Shown here piece by piece: positions 8,014 through 16,973 of a DNA stretch of 64,000 bases; within the stretch, counting starts at the first letter, position 1; the number at the start of each line of letters is the position of its first letter. Under the pieces are notes generated by a model that ran no database searches, was not told where the DNA came from, and saw only the letters and a program-made list of their open reading frames with translations. Source of the DNA: Gemmatales bacterium (GTDB lineage Bacteria > Planctomycetota > Planctomycetia > Gemmatales > HRBIN36). The stretch is from contig JBEPZY010000002.1 in assembly GCA_041640595.1 (NCBI GenBank), forward strand, positions 210,984-274,983. Reading direction: 5' to 3'. A program made the position numbers and the translations under genes.

Positions 8014-10304
8014 CGGTTCTTCCCCTTGACGATATTTTCGGTGATCTGGTGCAACTGTAATTGCCGGGCGGCCAGTTCCCGCAGTTCTGCTGCAATGTCA
8101 GGCGCTGTCGCCGCTTCACCCTGGTATTTGCGACCGTACATCACCGTCCGCTGGTAAATGCGTTTCTGCATGGCGTGGATCATTTTCAATTCCTGCAGCA
8201 GGTCAATCAGCCGCTCGTTGCGATTTGGATCGCCGCCACCACCCTGATTCCCGCCGCCACGGTTATTTTGCCGCTGCTCGATCTCCTTTTTGAGGGCCTC
8301 GATCATTTCCTTGAGGGTCTCGATGATGTCCTGCTCAATGGCCTGAGTTTCGGGGCCAGGATCAGTCTTGTACAGCCGGTTGGAAACGCGTGCCATATCC
8401 TGGCGAAGTTGCCGCATCACTTCCGCAAACGCCACCGAGGAGCCTTCGGCCTGGAGCAAAGCGATAGCCCGATCCGCCTCGGCTACGATCTCATCTTCCC
8501 GCCGCGACAGCACTCCGGAAAGTATTTCTTCCTCGCGGGTAGGCTTTTTGTCGGGATTGGTTTGAATGCGCTGGTCGAGCTTGACCGTATCCTGATAAAC
8601 GGCTTCCTGCATGGCCAGCATCTTTTCGCAGCGGCGTTGCAGGTCGGCCAGCACACGCAACTGTTCCTCTTCGCGGTATTGCCGTAACAACTCCTCTAAC
8701 TTTTGCCGGGCTTGACGGAGCAAGTCGGCGGCTTTGGCTTGATCATCGGAAGCGGGCTTCCTTTCATCCTTGGCGATGCGGTTTTCGGCACTGCGCTGGT
8801 AGCCGTGAGCGTCTTCGATGCGTTCGCGGCCAGGCACACCGGGTTGCTGCTGGCCTTGCTGACCGCCACCGCGTGCTTGACCCGACTGCCCACCACCTTG
8901 CTGACCACCACCCTGCTGCCCGCCCCCTTGTTGACCGCCAGCTTGACTGCCACCCTGTTGCCCACCGCCCTGTTGACCACCACCTTGTTGCCCACCGGCG
9001 CCACGGGTCTGTGGATTGGCGGCACCTTCTCCCGGACCTCGTGCCTGAGCGCCCTGGCTACCCTGATCTCCACCAGGCTTGCCACCGCCGGCTTGACCAC
9101 TGCCCGGTTTATCGCCCGGCTTTCCGCCGCCGGCCTGACCGTCGCCCGGTTTGTCCCCAGGTTTTCCACCGCCGGCCTGACCACTGCCCGGTTTATCGCC
9201 CGGCTTTCCGCCGCCGGCCTGACCGTCGCCCGGTTTGTCCCCAGGTTTACCACCGCCGGCCTGACCACCGCCGGGTTTATCACCGCCCTGTCCGCTGTCG
9301 CTGCCCCCGCGAGCCTGGCCGGGCTTCGAACCGTCACCGGACTGGTTGCCGCCACGTGCCTGCGAACCGGACTCGTTGGGCGAGCCACCGCGCGCCTGGC
9401 CGGTCTGTTCGGAACCAGGTTTACCGGAATCGGGAGTGCGTGCCTGAGGATTGGGCGCTCCCCGACCTTCATCGCGGGCTTGACCGGGTTGTCCGGAACC
9501 GCTCCGTCCCTCGCCGCGTGCTTGCGCTTCTGGTCGTTCGTTTTTGCCGGCATCACGTGCTTCACCGCGGCTCGGATCACCCTGGCCGGAACGAGCCTGT
9601 TCAAGTTGCCGAATCTGGTTCAGGATTTCCTCCACTCTTCGGCTGGCGGCTTCCTGAGCTTTCTTGGCGTCCTCCTTGCTGATATTGGGATTGTCGTTGC
9701 GTGCCTGAGCAACACGCTGGGCCCGTTCCGCTTCCTCCAGCCGACGAATCAACTCCGCGTAGAGCTCCATTTCCTTTTTCTTGAGCGATTCGTCGTCGGG
9801 GGACATGAGGATATCGAGCAAGCGTTGCATGGCTTGCTGAACATCGCCACCCTTTTCGACGACCTGCTGGATTTCTTTCAAACTGCTCAGCGTACCGGGT
9901 CGTTTGAGCCGCTCTGCCAGGTCGCTGACATTGAGCCGGACGTTGCGTTCACGGGCTTCCCGCAGGGCACGGTAAATGATGCGGGCTTTTTCGACGTCGC
10001 CGGGATTATTGCGCCGTTCCATCAATTGAGCGATGCGCAACAACTGCTCTTCGAGCTGAGCGTAGCGGGCTGCCACGACCGCCTGATTGGCGGCCAGTTC
10101 GTCGGTCAACTGATTGCTGGGCTGCTTCGGGGCAGGCTGGCCTTTCTCATCGGGATTGCCAGTTGGCTGAGCCAGTACTGCCAGGGTCAGGCTCCACGTC
10201 AGCACGGCAACCAGCGACACCAGCAGCGTGAGTTTGTGGCTTGTCAACATCGTTGCGATTCCTCCCAATCCGGTCTGCGAGCAAACCATTCCCCGTCGGT
10301 GCAT
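8010..10304 (-). CDS. Coiled-coil exported protein with long Gly/Gln/Pro/Lys repeat region (DUF4175-like)
   Basis: Long ORF with N-terminal hydrophobic segment, coiled coils flanking GQAGGGKPGDKPG and GGQQG repeats; start at 10304 or 10250, both with GGAGG-like RBS. Confidence 0.75.
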   Translation of the reverse strand: MHRRGMVCSQTGLGGIATMLTSHKLTLLVSLVAVLTWSLTLAVLAQPTGNPDEKGQPAPKQPSNQLTDELAANQAVVAARYAQLEEQLLRIAQLMERRNNPGDVEKARIIYRALREARERNVRLNVSDLAERLKRPGTLSSLKEIQQVVEKGGDVQQAMQRLLDILMSPDDESLKKKEMELYAELIRRLEEAERAQRVAQARNDNPNISKEDAKKAQEAASRRVEEILNQIRQLEQARSGQGDPSRGEARDAGKNERPEAQARGEGRSGSGQPGQARDEGRGAPNPQARTPDSGKPGSEQTGQARGGSPNESGSQARGGNQSGDGSKPGQARGGSDSGQGGDKPGGGQAGGGKPGDKPGDGQAGGGKPGDKPGSGQAGGGKPGDKPGDGQAGGGKPGDKPGSGQAGGGKPGGDQGSQGAQARGPGEGAANPQTRGAGGQQGGGQQGGGQQGGSQAGGQQGGGQQGGGQQGGGQSGQARGGGQQGQQQPGVPGRERIEDAHGYQRSAENRIAKDERKPASDDQAKAADLLRQARQKLEELLRQYREEEQLRVLADLQRRCEKMLAMQEAVYQDTVKLDQRIQTNPDKKPTREEEILSGVLSRREDEIVAEADRAIALLQAEGSSVAFAEVMRQLRQDMARVSNRLYKTDPGPETQAIEQDIIETLKEMIEALKKEIEQRQNNRGGGNQGGGGDPNRNERLIDLLQELKMIHAMQKRIYQRTVMYGRKYQGEAATAPDIAAELRELAARQLQLHQITENIVKGKNR
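8860..9290 (-). repeat. Coding tandem repeats: 42-bp unit (GQAGGGKPGDKPG[D/S]) about 5 copies, plus 15-bp GGQQG units
   Basis: Visible in DNA and in the translated ORF. Confidence 0.85.
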
Positions 10305-10548
10305 GATTGTCTCCCTCCAGGACATTGTAGGCATACCTGGAACCTGGCGCTGGCGAAATTCCGAGCCGTTTCACGAAGCGGGACGGTTCTGGCAGCCTGG
10401 CCCGCTCGCGCTTGCCGCTTGACCCTCATCCTGCGGTCAAGGATACATCGTCTGGCGGGCGTTTGCCAGTGCAGGCCCCACTGATAAGACGAACCACTTG
10501 CTTTCGCGCAACAGGAATTTTCTCACCGGGGGTGCTTGGTTCGGTCGG

Positions 10549-12684
10549 CTAGGGATAAAACTTGCCGTTGGCATCGGCGAGCTGGCGGAGCAATTCGGTC
10601 GGCTGGAAGCGGACACCGAGGTCCTGATAGCGCTGGCATTTTTCGAGAATGCTTGCGAGGCCGATTTCGTCGGCCCATCGCAGGATGCCACCTCGCCAGG
10701 CTGGGAAACCCGTACCGAGAATCAGACCCATATCCACATCGCCGGCGTCGCGGACGATTTGTTCGCTCAGGACGCGGGTCGCTTCCAGCAACATGGGCAA
10801 GAACAACCGGTCGGTAATCTCCTCGTTGCTGAGCGAACGCTTACCGCGACGGCAGCGTTCGAGGATCGGCTCCAAAGCCGGGTCGTCGCTGCCGTGTTTG
10901 GGATCGCGGGAGTAATTGTAAAATCCGGCACCGCTCTTCTGACCGAGTCGGCCAGCCTGTACCAGTTCGGCGACGATGCGGCTTTCGACGAAGCGATCGG
11001 GAAACGCCTGCTGCAGGACCCGGCCCGCATACAGAGCGGTATCCAGCCCGACCACATCCTGCAGTGTCACCGGCCCCATCGGCATACCAAACTCCACTGC
11101 CGCCTGGTCAATCTGGCGCGGCGTGGCACCCTCCTCGAGCATCAGCATGGCCTCGTTCAGGTACGGAAACAGCAGGCGGTTCACCAGAAAGCCGGGACTG
11201 TCCCGCACCACGATCGGCGTTTTGCCGATGCGCTTGGCAAAGGCCACCAGCGTGGCGATGGTGACATCGTCGCTCGCCTCACCCCGCACCACTTCCACCA
11301 GGGGCATGCGTTCAGCCGGGTTGAAGAAATGCAGACCGGCAAACCGCTGCGGCTTCTGCAACGTCCGAGCCATCCGCGATATGGACAGCGTCGAGGTGTT
11401 GGAAACTATCAGGGTCTCCGCACCGACATGGGTTTCCAGTTCGCCCAAGAGCCGCGTTTTCAGGTCTTCGTTTTCGGTAACGGCCTCGATAACCAGATCA
11501 CGATCGGCCATAGCAGCCAGGGTCTGCGTGGTGCCGATCCGAGCCAGGGTGTCGGCAGCTTCTTGCGGTTTCATTCGCCCCAGCTGCACTCGTTCGAGCA
11601 GACCGCGTTCGATGCGTTGCAGGGCGTTCTGGAGAATTTCCGCGGAAACGTCCAGAAGTTGCACCAGGCAACCTCGCCGTGCCAGCACGCTGGCAATTCC
11701 GCATCCCATCACGCCGGCACCGAGCACTCCGACCCGCTCGATAGTTCGCGGCACCACTTGCGGATTGGCCACACCGGGGTCTTTCTGCAGACGCTGTTGC
11801 TGAAAGAAAACGGCAATGAGATTCCGCGCTTCCGAGCCGACCGCCAGACGTAAAAAAGCCTCCCGTTCGTGCTGCAGACCGTCGGCCAGAGGCAAATTCA
11901 CCGTCTTTTCCACCACCTCTAATGCCACCAGCGGTGCCTGGGGACGCCCGCGGGTTTTCTGCCAGACCTGACCGCGAGCCACGGCAAAGGTGTAGGCGTG
12001 TTGCTCTTCCGATAAGCCGACCGGTTGCTGTTTGCGGCGACGTATCTCCGGCCAATCGTTGAGCTGGCGAGAAAGCAAAAGCAGGCGTTGGGCTTCTTCC
12101 AGCAGCCGATCGCCAGGCACCGCATCGAAGGCCAGGCCGATTTCCACTGCCCGATTCGCGGTGATACTCTCGCCAGTGCATATCATCTCCAGGGCCAGCG
12201 ATGGGCCGATCAGTCGCGGCAAGCGTTGCGTCCCGCCCCAGCCCGGAATCAGACCGACCTTGACTTCCGGCAGTCCCAGTTCGGTGCGCGGATGCGTGCT
12301 GACCAGGCGATGGTCGAACGCCAGGGCGATTTCCAGTCCGCCGCCCAGACACGGCCCCTCGATAGCCGCCACCGTGGGACATGGGAGGCTTTCGATCCGC
12401 TGCAATAACGCTTGGCCACGCTCCAGCAGTTGTCGCACCAGTTCCGGATACCGCCAGGCCTGGGCCAGCTCCCGCAGGTCGGCCCCGGCCAGAAACATGC
12501 CCGGTTTGCCACTGGTCAAAATTACCCCCGCCAGAGGCGCCAGCCGGGCTATCTCGGCAACGGTTCGCTCCAGTTCGGCCAGCACTGCCTGGCTGACGAC
12601 GTTGACTTTGCTCTCCGGCTGATTGATGGTAATCAGGATTTCACCGCCGGGCAGTTGTTGCCAGGTTACGGCTTGCTCGGCCAC
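10549..12684 (-). CDS. fadJ: Fatty-acid oxidation multifunctional enzyme alpha subunit (enoyl-CoA hydratase / 3-hydroxyacyl-CoA dehydrogenase), FadJ/FadB type
   Basis: FLAGADL, CLGGGLEIALA, GLPEVKVGLIPGWGGTQRLPRLIG, Rossmann GVLGAGVMG, GLHFFNP, PGFLVNR. Confidence 0.92.
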   Translation of the reverse strand: MAEQAVTWQQLPGGEILITINQPESKVNVVSQAVLAELERTVAEIARLAPLAGVILTSGKPGMFLAGADLRELAQAWRYPELVRQLLERGQALLQRIESLPCPTVAAIEGPCLGGGLEIALAFDHRLVSTHPRTELGLPEVKVGLIPGWGGTQRLPRLIGPSLALEMICTGESITANRAVEIGLAFDAVPGDRLLEEAQRLLLLSRQLNDWPEIRRRKQQPVGLSEEQHAYTFAVARGQVWQKTRGRPQAPLVALEVVEKTVNLPLADGLQHEREAFLRLAVGSEARNLIAVFFQQQRLQKDPGVANPQVVPRTIERVGVLGAGVMGCGIASVLARRGCLVQLLDVSAEILQNALQRIERGLLERVQLGRMKPQEAADTLARIGTTQTLAAMADRDLVIEAVTENEDLKTRLLGELETHVGAETLIVSNTSTLSISRMARTLQKPQRFAGLHFFNPAERMPLVEVVRGEASDDVTIATLVAFAKRIGKTPIVVRDSPGFLVNRLLFPYLNEAMLMLEEGATPRQIDQAAVEFGMPMGPVTLQDVVGLDTALYAGRVLQQAFPDRFVESRIVAELVQAGRLGQKSGAGFYNYSRDPKHGSDDPALEPILERCRRGKRSLSNEEITDRLFLPMLLEATRVLSEQIVRDAGDVDMGLILGTGFPAWRGGILRWADEIGLASILEKCQRYQDLGVRFQPTELLRQLADANGKFYP

Positions 12685-12769
12685 GCCTTTCTCCTTCGCC
12701 TGACGCTATGGCAGTGCCGCTTCGCTCGATGGGATTCGCGTATTTTACAACTCTGGCATGGATTTTTGG

Positions 12770-13350
12770 GTCCGCTCTGGTCTTCTTGTGCCGGTGCGCA
12801 GATACGTCCCGAGGCTTCCTGATGATTGCACCCTAGTCCGCCTTGGTCTTCTTTGTGCCAGTGCGCAGATAGTCCTCATAGAGTTGCGCGAACCTCTCCA
12901 AGTCCGCTTTTGGTGTTCTTTGTGCCAGTGCGCAGATACATCACGAGCCCTCTTGAGGATTGCACCCTAGTCCGCCTTGGTCTTCTTGTGCCGTTGCGCA
13001 GATAGTTCTCGTAGAGTTGCGCGAACCTTTCCAGGTCCGCTTCTGGTGTTCTTTGTGTCGGTGCGCAGATACATCACGAGTCTTCTTGAGGATTGCACCC
13101 AGGCCCGCTTTGGTCTTCTTGTGCTGTTTTTGGTCTTCTTGGGCCGTTGCGCAGATAGTTCTCGTAGAGTTGCGCGAACCTTTCCAGGTCCGCTTCTGGT
13201 GTTCTTTGTGCCGGTGCGCAGATAGTTTCCATAGAGTTACGCGAACCTTTCCAAGCCCCCTTTGGTCTCTTTTCTGCCGTTGCGCAAATAGCTCTCAGAG
13301 TTGCGCGAACCTCTCCAAGCCCGCTTCTGGCGTTGTTTGTGTCGGTGCGC
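12770..13350. repeat. Tandem array of about 9 units, period 65-67 bp (one 86), with A/B alternating linkers
   Basis: Core ending (G/T)TGCGCAGATA at about 12794, 12861, 12928, 12994, 13061, 13147, 13214, 13280, 13345. Confidence 0.9.
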
Positions 13351-13502
13351 TCGAGGTGATTGGCACATTTTACGACCAAACCGGCCGCAGGCCAGGCAAC
13401 TCGCCGCAACACCTGCCGCCAGCCCGGCGGCTCCCCCACGCGCCGACGGCTAAAGCGGCGGTGCGAAGTAGCACCTACCAACACGCCGTGCCTGGCGCCG
13501 GT

Positions 13503-13610
13503 TCGCTAGTTCACCAGAACGGCGGTGGTGCTGGGCTGATTGTGACGGCGATGACGACTGGTTTTTCGACGGGGAGTCGCTAGTTCACCAGAACGCCGGT
13601 GGTGCTGGGC
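13503..13610. repeat. 34-bp direct repeat (1 mismatch) separated by 40 bp; duplicates the stop region of the ELWxxDGT gene
   Basis: tcgctagttcaccagaacg(g/c)cggtggtgctgggc at 13503-13536 and 13577-13610. Confidence 0.9.
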
Positions 13611-16438
13611 GGGGTGAAGCTCACGATCGCGTCGTTGCCGGCCATGTCGCGGATGAACGTGCCCGCTGGCCGCATAATCGGCGAGAGTATCTCTATCCCG
13701 TTCGTGTCGCGGTCGGAGGACTGAATCACATAGCGGAACCGCAGCGTTCTCGAGTCCGGTTGGCTGTAGAAAACCGCGTTGCGAATCACACTGCCGATAC
13801 GCAGCTGGATAAATGGTTTCGCGGTGCTGGTGGTACCGACGTTGACCGACTCACTGAATCGCACCACGATGTCCAGCGCCTGGCCGGTTACATAATGCCC
13901 GTTGGCCGGCGGTGTTACCAGCACAATCGTCGGGGCCACCGCATCCACTTTCACGTTCGGCGTGCTCGGATTGGTGAAGGTCGTGATAGCATCGTGCCCG
14001 GCCTGGTCGCGGATGAAAGTTCCCGCAGGCAGCAGAATCGGCGAGAGGATTTCGATCCCGTCGGTGTCCAGATCGCCGCTTTGCACTACGGAGCGGAAGC
14101 GCAGCGTGGTGGGGTCCGGTTGGATGTCGAAAAGCGCATCAGCAGTCCGCGAGCCAATCCGCACCTGCAGATGTGGCCGAAGGGTGCTGGTGGTGCCAAC
14201 GGTGACCGGCTCACTGAAGCGAATTAAGATTTCCAGTGCCCCGCCGGCACGATACCAGCCGTTGGCTGGCGGCGTAACCTGAACGATGCTCGGCGGTACA
14301 GTATCCACCAGAACGCCACTGGTATCCGGCGGTACAAAAACCAGGGCCGCAGCGTTGTCCGCGGTGTCCTTAATCGTTCCGCCGTTCAGGTCGAGCGGCG
14401 AAACTACGGTGATCCCATCTGTGTCCAGGTCGTCTGACTGCACAGTGTACCGGAAGAGCAAACTGCTCGAGCCGCTGCCGGACTGAAAGGTCGCGTAACG
14501 CGTCGCGTCGCCGATGGTCAGTTGCAAGCGCGGTGTCCCGAAAGTGGTGTCCACCACCACCGGACGGTCGAATACCACGGTGAAATCGAGGTTCTGGCCA
14601 AGCTTGTAAATGCCGCTTCCGGGGCCGCTGACGCTGTCAATCACCGGGCCCTGGTGATTGACCAGCACGACACTGAGCGGAGGCGTAAAGTCCAGCTGAG
14701 CATGGTTGCCTGCCCTGTCTCTGATGCTCCCCCCATTGAGGTCAATAGGCGTAACCAGGGTGATGCCATCCGAGTCCAGGTCTTCTAGTGCCACCGTATA
14801 ACGGAAGCGAAGAGTAGTTGTGCCACTGCCGGACTCATAGGTCGCATACCGGACCAACGGGGGAATGCTTTCGCCCACGTTGCTGCCGAACCTCAGCACC
14901 AGTCGCGGCGTGCCCGTAACCAACACTGGTTCGCTGAATTCCACCTCGAAATAAAGATCGTCCTCCACCGAGTAGTTGCCATTAGCCGGTGGCGAGACCC
15001 GGATAATTTCAGGCTCCAGCTCGTCGCTGGCCCAGAGTTCCATGCCATGCGTGCCATCGCTAGCAGCGAAAAACAGCGTGCCGTTGACGTTGGTGAGCCA
15101 CGTGGGACTGGAGCCAGCCGAACCCGGCCGGATATCTTGCACCAGGTAGGTGCTGTTCGCATCGCCATAACTGAACCAGAGTTCCCTGCCATACGTGCCA
15201 TCGTCGGCCAGGAAGAACAGCACACCGTTGACGTTGGTCAGCCCGGAGGGCTCAGAACTAGCAGAACCCGGCCGGATGTCCTTGACCATCACGGTGCCGC
15301 CGGACGTGCCATCACTCTTCCAGAGTTCGAGGCCATTCGTGCCATCGTTGGCAGCGAAAAACAGTGTGCCGTTGACGTTGGTGAGCTTGTTAGCGCCGGA
15401 CCCAAACGGACTCGGCCGGAAGGCCTTGACCATCACGGTGCCGCTGGATGTGCCATCGCTTTTCCAGAGTTCGATGTTGGAGGAGAAGGACCCAAGGCCA
15501 GTCCAGAAAACCAGTGTGCCGTTGACGTTGGTGAGATAGCTAGGATTGGAGCTAGCCAAGCCCGACCGGATGTCCCTGACCGGCACGGTGCCGGTGGACG
15601 TGCCGTCGCTTTTCCAGAGTTCGTAGCCGCTGGTGCCGTCGTTGGCCCGGAAAAACAACGTGCCGTTGACGTTGGCGAGCCACGCAGGGTTGGAATCAGC
15701 CGAGCCCGGTCCGATGTTCTTGACTAGCACGGTGCCAGTGGAAGTGCCATCGCTCTTCCAGAGTTCGTAGCCGCTGGTGCCGTCGTCGGCCCGGAAAAAC
15801 AGCGTGCCGTTGACGTTGGTGAGCGACACAGAACGCGAATCACCTGAGCCCGGCCAGATGTCCTTGACCAGCACGGTGCCAGCGGAAGTGCCATCACTCT
15901 TCCAGAGTTCTCTTCCCTTCGTGCCGTCGTCGGCGGTGAAAAACAGCGTGCCGTTGACGTTGGTGAGATAGCGAGGATGGGAGCGAGCCGAGCCCGGCCA
16001 GATGTCCCTGACCAGCATGGTGCCAGTGGAAGTGCCATCACTCTTCCAGAGTTCTCTTCCCTTCGTGCCGTTGTCGGCCGTGAAAAACAGCGTGCCGTTG
16101 ACGTTGGTGAGCCAGTAAGGATTGGAGCCAGCCGTGCCCGGACGGATGTCCCGGACCATGACGGTGCCGGAGGACGTGCCATCGCTCTTCCATAGTTCCG
16201 CACCGAAACGCCCCTGGCGGGCTACGAAAAACAGCGTGCCGTTGACCTCGGTGAAGTTGCTGGGCGAGGAGCTTCCTGCCCCAGGGAAAATGTTTCTGAC
16301 CAGGAATGTGGCCGGCACGGTGCGGTCTTCGAGTTGCTCGAAACCCAGTTGGGCCTTGTGAGACGGGCGGGATGGTTTCGGTTGCTCCGCCACGAATCCC
16401 AGACACATCCGCCACACGTTGAGCAGCCACTTGCGCAT
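13580..16438 (-). CDS. ELWxxDGT-repeat beta-propeller surface protein with planctomycete LEDRTVPA leader and four C-terminal Ig-like repeats
   Basis: About 9 ELW(K)SDGT repeats with TNVNGTLFF; FEQLEDRTVPA motif; C-terminal repeats FSEPV.V..LRFRYTV..DLDTDGI; RBS AAGGAGG upstream of ATG 16438. Confidence 0.92.
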   Translation of the reverse strand: MRKWLLNVWRMCLGFVAEQPKPSRPSHKAQLGFEQLEDRTVPATFLVRNIFPGAGSSSPSNFTEVNGTLFFVARQGRFGAELWKSDGTSSGTVMVRDIRPGTAGSNPYWLTNVNGTLFFTADNGTKGRELWKSDGTSTGTMLVRDIWPGSARSHPRYLTNVNGTLFFTADDGTKGRELWKSDGTSAGTVLVKDIWPGSGDSRSVSLTNVNGTLFFRADDGTSGYELWKSDGTSTGTVLVKNIGPGSADSNPAWLANVNGTLFFRANDGTSGYELWKSDGTSTGTVPVRDIRSGLASSNPSYLTNVNGTLVFWTGLGSFSSNIELWKSDGTSSGTVMVKAFRPSPFGSGANKLTNVNGTLFFAANDGTNGLELWKSDGTSGGTVMVKDIRPGSASSEPSGLTNVNGVLFFLADDGTYGRELWFSYGDANSTYLVQDIRPGSAGSSPTWLTNVNGTLFFAASDGTHGMELWASDELEPEIIRVSPPANGNYSVEDDLYFEVEFSEPVLVTGTPRLVLRFGSNVGESIPPLVRYATYESGSGTTTLRFRYTVALEDLDSDGITLVTPIDLNGGSIRDRAGNHAQLDFTPPLSVVLVNHQGPVIDSVSGPGSGIYKLGQNLDFTVVFDRPVVVDTTFGTPRLQLTIGDATRYATFQSGSGSSSLLFRYTVQSDDLDTDGITVVSPLDLNGGTIKDTADNAAALVFVPPDTSGVLVDTVPPSIVQVTPPANGWYRAGGALEILIRFSEPVTVGTTSTLRPHLQVRIGSRTADALFDIQPDPTTLRFRSVVQSGDLDTDGIEILSPILLPAGTFIRDQAGHDAITTFTNPSTPNVKVDAVAPTIVLVTPPANGHYVTGQALDIVVRFSESVNVGTTSTAKPFIQLRIGSVIRNAVFYSQPDSRTLRFRYVIQSSDRDTNGIEILSPIMRPAGTFIRDMAGNDAIVSFTPPSTTGVLVN

Positions 16439-16639
16439 GCAATCCTCCTTTCTACGGGTGGGTCGATGCGGAAAAGCCGCCGCAAAGTATTGGGGATGTG
16501 GCAACGGGCTCCAGATGCCAGACAACTGGAAAGGAGAGCGCGAACGGCTGCACGGGCCAGCGATTCTCACCCGCCCGGCCAGTTGAATGACAACCGTGGC
16601 TCGATGCCAGGTTTCGATGTTACCAGACCCGCCAGCCAC

Positions 16640-16892
16640 CGTCAAGGGAAAACTGGCGATGAGTCAGAACTTGCGGCCGGCTTCGGCAAAAATTGGTGTC
16701 GCGGCCATGATTCGAACGCATGGGACGAGTCAGAACTTGCGGCCGCCTTCGCCTGGCTAACGACCGAGTATCAGCTCGACCGTCAAACAAAAACTGGGCA
16801 TGGGTCAGAAGTTGCGGGCAATACAAATTTCGACTTGATGAAGGCAGTGTTTACGCAACGCCACAAATTAGTCAGAAGTTGAGGGCAATACA
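16640..16892. repeat. Degenerate 4-copy mini-array (GTCAGAA[C/G]TTGCGG core), spacing 66/75/67 bp
   Basis: Copies at about 16661, 16727, 16802, 16869. Confidence 0.75.
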
Positions 16893-16973
16893 GGTTTCGA
16901 CGGCGGGCTCACCTCCGGATAGTGCGGTCATCGGACCGGCAGCAGGTCGTTCGCCGAGCGACGACTGCCAAAT

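Noticed and set aside
8703..10484. 593-aa plus-strand ORF and similar long antisense ORFs (10498-11853, 20839-22239, 24110-25783, 36267-37979, 50852-52459)
   Set aside because: Shadow frames opposite well-supported genes in GC-rich DNA
12770..13350. CRISPR array call for the 67-bp array
   Set aside because: Linkers recur in two types, cores are variable, and there is no leader or cas gene in the window
15030..16260. Diversity-generating retroelement template/variable repeat pair among the near-identical 144-bp repeats
   Set aside because: They are in-frame ELWxxDGT propeller blades and no reverse transcriptase is present
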